64,000 nt of DNA from the NCBI RefSeq assembly GCF_963921235.1, contig NC_086110.1, positions 55,614,001-55,678,000 on the forward strand, read 5' to 3'. Made by a program: the position numbers and the translations under genes. Origin of the DNA: Mobula hypostoma (taxonomy: Eukaryota). Under the pieces are notes generated by a model. That model was not told where the DNA came from, did no database searches, and saw nothing but the letters and a program-made list of their open reading frames with translations. Positions 51,481-62,199 of the stretch are shown one piece after another. The stretch's first letter is position 1; every line of letters begins with the position of its first letter.

Positions 51481-52618
51481 GTAAACCATAAACCAATTTT
51501 ATTTCCCCCATTCTCCAGTTTCTGGGGCAGGAGCAGGTATCCAGTGACAACTTACATTTTAACATTCTCATTCTGGCTTTGAAGATACCTCAGATTTTCC
51601 CTGTCTCCCCATTTCTGTAACCTGCCCTAGCCCCGTAAGCCATCTGGATTCTGTTTGCAGTCCCATTCTGATCCGTGGGCATCCCTTCCCAACCTTCCCT
51701 TCTTTTTTACAACTCATCTCACCAGGCCAATCTTTAGAACATTTGATCTTACTGTTCCAGAGGGATTATTAACATGTTTCCTATGGAACAACATTTTGCT
51801 AAAATGTGCTCTGTAAATAAAGGTTGTTATTGCTACACAGTGGTGTTGCAACACAGTCTGCACGAGGCCTGAGTAGGCTGCATTTTCTTTCCTCTAGCCT
51901 TTTCTGTCTAGGCAACTGTGAATTGTCACTTGCATGACTAGAGTTTTTGTAGTAAAGTAATTAAAACCACAGAGTCTCTTGCATACGTAGTCAGTGTCAC
52001 CATTTGCCAACTTTAAATCAAAACCAAGCTGTAATTATTCTTCAGTCAGTATGCAACATTTGTTATATGAAGAACGAAACAGTTCATTTGTAGCACCACT
52101 GGCATGAAAGCCGGGAAAAAGAAAATCTGTAATTTTACTTACAACGTTCATTGAATAATCACATCACCAAGGATAATAATGGCATAATACTGGAAAGGCT
52201 ATCTTTCAGCTGAATTTATTAGAATGAATCCAAAGCTAAACAAAATCTTGCTTGCAGCATATTTTATCCTATAGATCCTATAGCTGGGCTATTTCACAAT
52301 CTTCGTTTGGTATTCCATCAGTGGCTGGAATGTGAATTTGCAACTCTTGGAATGCTACCAATTTTTTCAGCTGCATTATTGAATGAAACAGCTAGAGAGA
52401 TGTAACATTCTCATCGTGATAGTTCAGCAAAATAGGCTGGTCACGAGTGAACCGTGATCCAGGTACTGTTCTAGGAAACCCAATCCCAGCAGTGACAACT
52501 GCTCTAGCAACTACTGTCAAGTTACTTACACAAGTCTCACCATGATTGAAAATGAATGTTCAAACTTTGCTCTGGATAAAAAAAAAAACAAAACACAAAT
52601 TCTATTTTTGAAAAAAAA

Positions 52619-52675
52619 TTTATTGACAATGCTTTATCATTATCAGTCACCCACACCCACTACATAACCTTTATT
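52619..52675 (-). terminator. Two AATAAA polyadenylation signals of the COTL1 3' UTR
   Basis: TTTATT at 52619-52624 and 52670-52675. Each is followed on the minus strand by a GU/U-rich tract (TTTGTGTTTTGTTTTTT; GTAGTGGGTGTGGGTG). Confidence 0.65.
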
Positions 52676-52972
52676 CCAGAACAAAGCCTTGGGAAACTTG
52701 CATATAAAAGTTGAAACAAAATCATAATTCTCCTCCTGGGACCATTTGGAAGAAAGAAAGTCAACCACAATGTAAACAACAAAAATTTATGATAAGCTTT
52801 TGACTGTGCCTGCGGGCTCTTACATGCACCTCTGAACTAATTTAAGGAGGGCATTCATGATGCTGAATGAGTACAAGTTCCTTGGGGCTGCTGTGGGTGG
52901 AAGTACAGCTATGTGGCCATTCATTTTTTTTTCTCCATACCCTAGCAAAGCTGATGATAGTTAGCTCCCATT

Positions 52973-53083
52973 TCATTTGAGTTGTGCATCATAATTAGCT
53001 CCTCCAGTTTTCTCTAGTTCTTGTTTGATGTAGTCCTCAGCCAATTCATGTGGGTCACAGATGACAAACTCTTTAGCAAAGTT
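52973..53083 (-). CDS. COTL1: Coactosin-like protein (ADF-H family), final coding exon
   Basis: Acceptor ttttctctctcttgtAG, then NFAKEFVICDPHELAEDYIKQELEKTGGANYDAQLK*. This aligns without gaps to the recalled human COTL1 C-terminus NFAKEFVISDRKELEEDFIKSELKKAGGANYDAQTE. Upstream exons were not found in the window. Confidence 0.93.
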   Translation of the reverse strand, partial: NFAKEFVICDPHELAEDYIKQELEKTGGANYDAQLK

Positions 53084-55579
53084 CTACAAGAGAGAGAAAA
53101 AAAAGTATGAGTCACTTCAGCTGATAGCACAAATTTTACTTCACTTGCAGCCTATCCAAGAAAATTACTAAAGCATTTATAATTGATCCTTGAAAGATCA
53201 TTGCACAGCAAAATTCTCAAAATAAACCAAAAAAAAAATTCAAGGTTCTTTAGATGCAATTAAACCAAATTGATCAAGAGTTCTGAAAATATACAATAAT
53301 ATCAAACAGAAAACAGCAAAAAGAATGAACATGGAAAATATGGACATTCAGTCAGTCACTATCTGTAACAGCATTCCTTACAGCCAGTAGTTACAGGCTC
53401 AGCAACCCGCAATGTTTTGTTGCATTGTGATTGCTCCACTGGAGCCCTCAGGCTTCAACGGTAACCTTCAAAATAAGATTGTCTTGTTTTGTTTCTTTAT
53501 ACATTTCCCAAGTAAGGTCATCAAGAACCATCCGTCCTTCTACCTTTCCAGAGCAAAGCTTGCACTCCGATTTGTACCATAATATTGTCTAATCTCATAG
53601 CAACCACTGTTTATTTCCATGCTTTTCTTCAATTTCTAATAGAATATCTTTGTAAGGAAGTAGTTCCTTTCTCCTCAAAGATCCAGTTTGTCACACTTAA
53701 TTGTAAAAGTAAATGTCTTTTTAAAACTCATTTTACACAGGTATATCAGCATTCAGAAATGTAAGGCGCAAATGAACAGAAATAAAAATCATTAAACAAC
53801 ATTGAAAAATTGGTTAATTTTTCCCAAGCAGCATTCAAGATAGGAAAAGTTAATTGTAGTATAAGATTTAAACTTGGATATGCTAAATTCACAAAATATT
53901 ACTAAACAAGGTACTTCATTGCTAGCATTCTAAGTAAACAAAAGCTTGCACATAGCTCAGCTTACAAAAGATTTATTGATAAAAAGTGAACTAACCTGAC
54001 ATGTCTCAGTAAAATTATGAATTAGCAAACTACGGGAACAACATTCCCCTGAGTAACATTGGCAGATTTCTCCACTGGTGAGTACTTCCATTTAAGTCAG
54101 ACCTATAGTGGTTGCTCATCTAAAGTGCTCAATACATTGGTTTCTGGGGGGGGGGGGTTTAAGAGGTCAATGTCATACCGTAATAGTAGACCATTCCAGA
54201 GTAACAATTCAACTTGTTAAAAAAATCATACACCTACAAAGTTATAATCTTAAACTTATGAAATGGGGAAAATAATGAACTACTTGTGCACCCAAAATAC
54301 CAGTTCAGCTTCTGAATTGTCACTGTAACACAAATGATGATCATAGAGTCTGCTTATACACTCCCCCACCCATTCATAATAATCCAGTGGTCTTTTCATT
54401 CTGTATGAGACAAGCATCTCCAACATACAAAATCATTATTTGATAACTTGACAAGTGTTAAGATTTCCATAGTACAATTTTCAACAGCTCACTTTGTAAC
54501 TAAAATCAAGTAGGAATATTGACCATTTCATTCTCTGCTACAGTGAGGTAGGAATCAAAATTAAAGTTCACTGCTATGCAAAGTAGAACACAACATGCAA
54601 AATCTTCATTATGTCAGTTTGAAGATTCTACAGTATATCCAATGTTACACTGCACCAAATCAAAGTTGATCTTCAGTCAAAATGCTCATGAGTAATTGTG
54701 AAGGCAAATTTAACCCAACATACAACTGAAAACAATTTGCATTAAAATAATGTTTCCCAAATATATTGTAATGAGTGGACTAAACAAGTGTTTCCACTTC
54801 ACGTAGATGTCTTTTGTCAAGAAGCTTGCAGTCATAAATCAGTGTTCAGTGTTTTAAGAAAACACTCCCAAGTGGTAATTCGGTGTGAAATACTAATAGA
54901 GTCATTTAGTGCATACATTTTCTGCGCTTAGTGAAGCTGAGGCCTTTATAAATTCAAGCCATCTGCTTTTAGACCTATTTATTACAGCTTACAAAAGTTG
55001 TATTGTAAGTGTTAGAATGGATGCATTTTGTTAGCTGATGCTTGACATTCATGCCAATTTACTCTGCACACTGAACACAGATTGTTCCCAAAAGCTGTTT
55101 GCAGGATTTTCCCTCATCACAATACTCAGTTCACAACCAAAATTCAAGAAACTAGTTTTGTTTCTGGCATAGTCATTTTCTTTAAAAAATGATGTGTCTT
55201 TCATTGTTTACTCCAAGCCCCAAAAAGACTGCATTATTCCAATTAAATTACAAAACTTGGAATAGCAATTAGAAGTGGCAACTTCTGTGGCACTAATATT
55301 TTTTTTAAAGTATTTACACACAGGATATAAGCTTCAATGCCATTGCTAATATTTAATACCCATCCCAAATGTCTAAGATATTGTCTTTCTGCATGTCCTT
55401 CTGCAGTTTTTGTGAGGGTAATCAATCTCACTAAGTGCAGGATTGATTAAATAACAATGGAGAAATGTAGTGCATTTTTAAGACATCACAGAAGTCTACC
55501 AGAAAAGCTTGCAACACATCATACACATTAATGTAACACATCATACACATTAACATAAACATTTAAACTTTTCCTCCAG

Positions 55580-56050
55580 CAGTTTACATGTGTTGTTTGA
55601 ACTCATCACGCCAGGCAGTATTTATGGAAAAGAGTAAGCAGTCGATGTTCTGGGCAGAGACCCTTCATCAGAACGGGAAAGAAAAATGAGAAGTCAGAGT
55701 AAGAAGGTGCAGGGAGGGGAAGAAAAAGTACAAAGTGGTAAGTAACAGGTGAAACCAGGAGGGACTGGTGAATTTAGAGCTGGGAAGCTGATAGGTGAAA
55801 GAGATAAAGGACTGGAAAAGGGGAATCTGATAGAGGGTAGAAAACCATGGAAGAAAGGGAAGGGGAAGGAGCACCAATGTGAGGTGATAGCAGGTAAGGA
55901 GATAAGGTGAGAGGGGAATGGGAATAGTGAAGGGAGGGGTGGGCAATTACCGGAAGTTCAAGAAATCAATGTTCATGCCATCAGGTTGGAGGCTACCCAG
56001 ACGGAATACAGGTTATTACTCCTCCAACCAGTAGAGGAGGTCATGGACAT
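55580..56050 (-). mobile_element. Penelope-like 3' fragment with decayed hammerhead at ~55639-55676
   Basis: Minus strand FRLGSLQPDGMNIDFLNFR*. Terminus CTGATGAAGGGTCTCTGCCCAGAACATCGACTG. Confidence 0.82.
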
Positions 56051-56959
56051 TTAAGCTTTTCCTTGTCAGCACTCAAAACATTACTGAAAATTACATTAGC
56101 AGATTAGTTTTTTGTTACTTAAGTAGCCACGGGAGATCTTGGATCATCGATCCAAATGTAAATTCCAGCCCAACTGGTGAGAAGTAAGTATAAAAAAAGA
56201 AATTAGAAATAAAGCTAATCTCACTTGCAAAACCACGTGCCATTATATTGCCATAACAAAAGAATTGGTCCTTCAGAGAAGGAAAACTATCAGTTTTACC
56301 CAGCCTAGTTGGTGAGTGCCTCCAAACCAATATGTAGAGTCAACTCTTAATAGTCTCCTCAACTCAGTGGAAATTATGGGTCAAAAAATAAATGTCAGTA
56401 ATATTTAGTCGATGAACAAATAAATATGAACACCAACCAGGATGCTGGTTAATTATTACACAAGACTCTGCCTTAAGAGAAGATAATGTACAATTCTTGA
56501 GTCTTGATGCATAACAAAACTGGGTAGAAAATGTCAATTGTTTGCTTCCAATATGGACAAATTTCCCCAATCCAACTGACTTCTGTAATCACATTTTAAC
56601 GAGATAACTCCTATCTAACTAGATTGAAGATCCAAGTGATATTAGCTTCTAATTACCAACAGGTACAGAAATTAGATTTCATGGTCTTATAAATAGGCGT
56701 ATTGATCCCAATTTTCCCAACACAATCATGTGCATGATTGTCACCCAGAATTTCACCACATGGATGGCTGGACCCAATGTGGAGGCAAATATGTAAAATC
56801 AAGAGCATGTCAGGATTTCACCATTCAATTGGAAGTAATTTCTTTACTGTGTGGTTAAGCCTCCTGCTCTCAAGTTTAACTAGTTAGAGATTTTTTTTAA
56901 AGATTAGAATTGTTTTCCTGTAGGACTCTTCCTTGTGCTGATTAACCAGTCACCTTCTG

Positions 56960-58090
56960 AACATAAGAACATAAGAAATAGGAGCAGGAGTAGGCCACCT
57001 GTCCAGTCTGCTCCACCATTAAAAAACCTAAAAGCCTTAAATATATTTACTGAGGTAGTCTCCACTACCTCATTGGGCAGAGAATTCCACAGATTCACCA
57101 CTCTGGGAAAAGCAGTTCCTCCTCATTTCCGTTCTAAATGGAGAAACTTCTGAAATGCCTGCTTCCCTGCCGCTGCTACTGTGCGATCGAGAATCTCCAG
57201 AGGGGAAGGCCACAAATCCTCAGCTTTGCCTATTGCTTGTTGCCGGGGCCAGGGTCGAAGCACTCGGCAGAGATGGTGCTCGGTGCTCGGTGTCGGAGGG
57301 CTGGTCAGAGGCTCGAAGTTTTCGGACGGACTCAAGAGTCGGTTGTGGTCGGGTGCTTCCAGGGTGCTGCATCGGCAAGTTTGCAGCGCTGGAAGCTCAT
57401 GGCAGGAAGAGAGTTTCTCTTCCTTCTACCGTCTGCGTGAGATGATGGGACTTTCGAGAGACTTTGAGACTTTTTTTTACCGTCCCCATGGTCTGTTCTT
57501 TATCAAATTATGGTATTGCTTTACACTGTTGTAACTATATGTTATAATTATGTGGTTTTTGTCAGTTTTTCAGTCTTGGTTTGTCTCGTGTTTTTGTGAT
57601 ATCATTCTGGAGGAATATTGTATCATTTCTTAATGCATGCATTACTAAATGACAATAAAAGAGGACTGCGTGTCCTCATAATCTAATCTAAAAAAAAATC
57701 TACTCCCTTGAATCTTGAGGCTGTCCCCCCTAATTCTAGTCTCATCTACCAGTGGAAATAACTTCCTTGCCTCCATCTTATCTATCCCTTTCATAATTTT
57801 ATGTTTTATATGTTTCTATCAGATCTCCAAAGCAGTATATTCTTCCTCAAGTAAGGAGACCAGAACTGCATGCAGTACTCCAGGCACAGCCTCACCAGTA
57901 CCCTGTACTGTTGCAGCATAACCTCCCTACTCTTAAATTCAATCCCGCTAGCGATGAAGGCCAACATTCACCTTCTTGATAGCCTGCTGCACCTGCAAAT
58001 CAACCTCTTGTGATTTATGCACAAGCACTCTCAAATTCCTCTGCATAGCATCATGCTGCAATTCTTTAACCATTAAATAATTTGAATAAT
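56960..58090 (-). mobile_element. CR1 3' fragment interrupted by a non-autonomous element
   Basis: Tail AACATAAGAACATAAG and VNLWNSLPNEVVET. Host resumes at ~57698. Confidence 0.8.
57139..57690 (+). mobile_element. Non-autonomous retroelement, uninterrupted homolog of 14045-15904
   Basis: Carries the single, unduplicated ATAATTATGTGGTTTT site. (ATCTA)n tail. Confidence 0.8.
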
Positions 58091-58749
58091 TTGCTCTGCA
58101 TTTGCATTTTCTCTCCCTTTCTTATTTATTATCTCATCCACATTATATGCCCCCAAAGTCTATAATAATCACATTACCCTCAGCACTACTGTCTTTCAAA
58201 ACAAGAATCTGAAGCTGAAAGCAGGCTTTTCACAGATGATTTCACCACTCAGCGAGATCATGGTTGATTCTATATCTTGGCTCTGCAGCTCAGTGTCAGT
58301 GAACATTGAGCAACATTTTCCTGTGACTGCAAAATCTAAACCACTGAGTGATAAATGTCTGCAATACAACACAAGCCTGCTGGTAGAATTTTGTTTTAAA
58401 AAAGCAAATGAGCAGATGCCACCATTAGAAGTAGCTGCACCATGAAACACCAGCTGCAAGAGTATGGGAGAGAACATCACCTGTATTTAAGTCGTGAACA
58501 ACTCAGGATCAGAAGCAAGCCTGCAGTTCTTATGTTGACATTTTCCTCTTCTCCCATTCCAGCCCCCTCCCGCCAAATGAACACACTACACATTAATCAC
58601 TGAGGGAAGTCATTAAATCTTAGTCATCCAGTTTCTTTTCTTCAAGCTTGAGTTGAAGCTATCTGGATCTTGAGCAAAACTAACTCAAAAAAAAAAAAAA
58701 TCAATTGGTAACCTTCAGAAACCTTGAAAATCAAGATTTTCCTAAATCT

Positions 58750-59690
58750 TGTTGGAGCTGTAAATTGTGTGGAAGGTTACTGTAGGTTGACAGGATATTA
58801 ACCGGATGCAGAGCTCGGCTGAGAAGTCGGAGATGGAGTTCAACCCAGAAAAGTGTGAAGAGATTCATTTTGCAAGGTCAAATTTGAAGGCAGAATACAG
58901 GGTTAATGGCAGGATTCTTAGCTCCATAGATTCCTCAAAGTTGGCGCACAAGTTAAAAGGGTTCTTAATGAGGTGTATGGTGTGTTGGCCTTCATTAGTT
59001 ATGGGATTGAGTTCTAGAGCCACGAAGTAATGTTGCAGTTCTATAAAACCCTACTTAGACCATATTTGAAATATTGTGTTCAGTTTCTGGTCACCTCATC
59101 ATAGGAAGGATGTGGAAACTTTGGAGAGGGTGTAGAAAAGACTTACCAGGATGCTGCTTGGATTGGTGATGGCAGAATGATTGAGCAAACTCAATGGGCC
59201 AAATAACATAATTCTAGTACTATTTCTTATGATCGAGAGGGCATATCTTATGAAGTTGATCAAGCTTAGGCTTTTCTCTTTGGAGAGGAGGATGAGAGGT
59301 GACCTGTTAGAGGTTTACAAGATGATAAGAGGCGTAGATTGAGTGGCTAGCCAGAGGCTTTTTCCCAGGGTGGAAATGGCTAACACAAGGAGGCATAATT
59401 TTAAGGTGACTGGAGGAAAGCATAGGGAGATGTTAGAAGCAAGTTGATGTTGTTGATTTTAAACACAGAGTGGTGGGTGCATGGAATGCCCTGCCAGAGT
59501 GGTGGGACAAGCAGGTAGCATTAGGGGCACTTAAGTTCTTAGATAGGCATACGGGATGATAGAAAAAAAGTGTAGGGTTATATATGTAGGTATGGGATGG
59601 TTAGATTAATTTTAGGGTAGGTTAAAAGGTTGGCACACCATTGTGGGCTGAAGGACATGTACTGTGCTGTAACGTTCTATGTTCTTTAGA
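58750..59690 (+). mobile_element. CR1 3' fragment
   Basis: EMEFNPEKCEEIHFARSN. Tail GTTCTATGTTCT. Confidence 0.85.
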
Positions 59691-60689
59691 GTGAACATTC
59701 CCTGAAGTTCCTCAGCTGTTGTATAAACCAGCATTTACAGCCAACTGTAAACTTTTTCCTATCGCCATCATCCTTGTGCATTATGCAATGAATTCCAAAA
59801 AGGTGACACAGGCCCAATTTCCTCTTTCGGCCTTTCAATCGCCCTTCAGGCTTGCAAACCTAGCAATTACTCATCGTTAGGAATTGTCAAAACACGCAGC
59901 TACACTTGGGGGCACGTCCCATCGGTCCATTAAGAATGGCAAGAGCAAATAATGTTCAAGCAGATTTTGAATATTTAATCATGTAAATTAGCGTCAAATG
60001 GAGGTAAAACCAATGTTGCAAGGCTAGCTCTAAACATCCAACCTTGATCATAAGTGTATAGTACATCGACTGAAATTGAAACCATTCACATCCATCTAAG
60101 TACCCACAGATCCATTACCAAGAGCAGTAGAATACAACCCTGGATCACTATGAGCTCAGCATTTCTTGATGACTGCATTTCAAAGTTGACCAAAATTATA
60201 TCCCAAGGTGTTGCGTGAACCTTCTGTCTGTGCTGTAAGATTCAGACAGGTTGGGAACTGAAAATTTTGAACTTGTCTTCACAAACAGAAACTGCCTTGC
60301 AATCTGACAATGTTACCAAAGGTTGCAAACCAACATGTAACGGCAATGTGTAACTAAAACGTTTTCCTTCTGCCAAATCTTTTATATCCAAACATCAGGA
60401 TATCAGATTAAGATTCATTCACAATTTGTAATGAATACTGTAAGCTTACGTTTTTCAAAGCACTTGTTTGCAATAATGGAGAAACAAAGCATTTCTATAG
60501 TAGAGAGTTGAAGTTCCTGAAGCAAGCCAAAAGTATAAAGATAGTACAATGAAACTGGCTCATGTCAATCAAATTGCGACTGATTTTCTTGGATTATAAA
60601 GAGGATTCAGAACATTGGTAATTTGTTAGGGAAACCCTGGTTAGCATTGATTGCACGTGCAGAATTAAAAGAGTAATATTTAAAATTAA

Positions 60690-61450
60690 GTATCTTTCAA
60701 GGCAGCTGTAGATTTACCTTATCTGTAAAAAACTCAGTAAGTCAACTGGTATCTGTGATGGAAAAGGAATTATTAAAGTTCTGAGCTATGACCATGCATC
60801 AGGGTAGAGTCAAGAGGGAAATAACTCCGATTTGATTGGTGAATTGAGGAAGAGCAGTGGGATGATAGACAGATGGAGGCAGCTGCGAGAGGGTAATAAG
60901 CATGGAGAGAAAGAAAATGGGAATACAGGAAGCAAGTCATGCATGAAATTGGAAAATTCATTCTTCCTTCCATTGGGTTATGGACTACCCAGGAGGATTG
61001 AGATGTTGTTTCCATTAAATTTCACTCTGGCAGTGGAGAAGGCAGAAGATGGACAAGTCGGTATGAGAGTGTGAAAGGGAGTTGAAACAGGATACAACTG
61101 GGAGCTCAGGTTGGTCACTGCAGATGTTCTGCAAGACAGTCTCACTGATCTTGAGTTGGCCACATCAGGAGCTCCGAATGCAGTGGACGAGGTGGGGGAG
61201 GTACAAATGAACCTTTACATTACTCAGAAAGGGCTGGCTATGTCCCTGGTTGGTGGTGGGAAGAAAATGCAAGGGCAAGTATTATACCTCCCTGTAGCTG
61301 TAAGACTGTAGTGCCAAGGTCAAGGAGGGATTTCTGTGGTGGGCCAAAAGACATGTGAGGGGAAAATATGGCTAGTCTTAGGATCCTTTTAGTGAAAGTA
61401 GCAATGTATTGGATGTGGAGGCTGATGGGGTGAAAGCAATGGGTGAACAA
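60690..61450 (-). mobile_element. Old Penelope-like fragment
   Basis: Diverged antisense GIY-YIG/UTR sequence (GGGTTATGGACTACCCAGG, AGGGCAAGTATTATACCT) matching the younger Penelope copies. Confidence 0.55.
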
Positions 61451-61636
61451 AATAGCTATGTATACACTGTGCAAATGACTTCGGGACATATGTATAGCTA
61501 GGGCGTCTAGGACTTATATACAGTACTGTATATTGGTTAAAATAGGAAGAAGGTTGGGAAACAGAAATAAATTACTTAGCTTTGTATTAGCTCAGTAGTA
61601 TCAAGTGTTATTTGGTAACTGGAAAGATATAATATA

Positions 61637-61703
61637 CAGTACTGTGCAAAAGTCTTAGGCACCTTAGCTATATATACCTGCTCAAGACTTTTGCACAGTA
61701 CTG
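61637..61703. mobile_element. 67-bp Tc1-type MITE
   Basis: Perfect 20-bp TIR CAGTACTGTGCAAAAGTCTT with TA on both sides. A degenerate inverted sister copy lies at ~61461-61528. Confidence 0.88.
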
Positions 61704-62199
61704 TAATTGAAAAGTTCTGAGACTATCCTTACCACACTTCATTACATTAAAATATCTAATTGGTAGTGTATCAAAAATTACAGGAAGATTTTGATCAGCT
61801 AGGTTAAGAGGGTTGAGGATTAGCAAATGGCTTTTAATTCAGATTAAGTGTACACTGTTGCATTTTGGTGAGATAAAGGGACTCCTACAGTGAACAGTGA
61901 GGCTCTGGGAAGTGTCGTGTAACAGAGAAACATAGGAGTGCAACTACATACTTTGCTGAAAGTAGCATCAGAGGTAGACAATGGTGAAGAAGGCACTCAG
62001 TATGCTGGCCTCCAATCAGAGTATAGGAGTTAGGACAATATGTTGCAGCTGTACAAGACATTAGCGAGACCAAATTGGAGAACCGTGAGTCATTTTGGTT
62101 GCCCTGTTATAGCAAAGACATCATTACCCCAAGAAGAGGAACTAAAAACTAAAAGCAAGAGGTGTGAGAATAAATTAGAATCTTGGGTTTGAGAATTTT

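Noticed and set aside
52143-52370. Minus-strand segment with an AG acceptor and GTAAGT donor
   Set aside because: Stops in all three frames, and it lies beyond the COTL1 polyA signals.
55513-55553. Local duplication of AACACATCATACACATTAA
   Set aside because: Ordinary slippage-type duplication with no functional signal.
56540-56620. Minus-strand SWIGE resembling TWIGE of the preceding COTL1 exon
   Set aside because: In-frame stop just upstream, and flanking residues do not match COTL1.
58196-58480. Overlapping 94-aa and 69-aa ORFs in unique sequence
   Set aside because: No homology recognised, not COTL1-like, and no convincing donor site.
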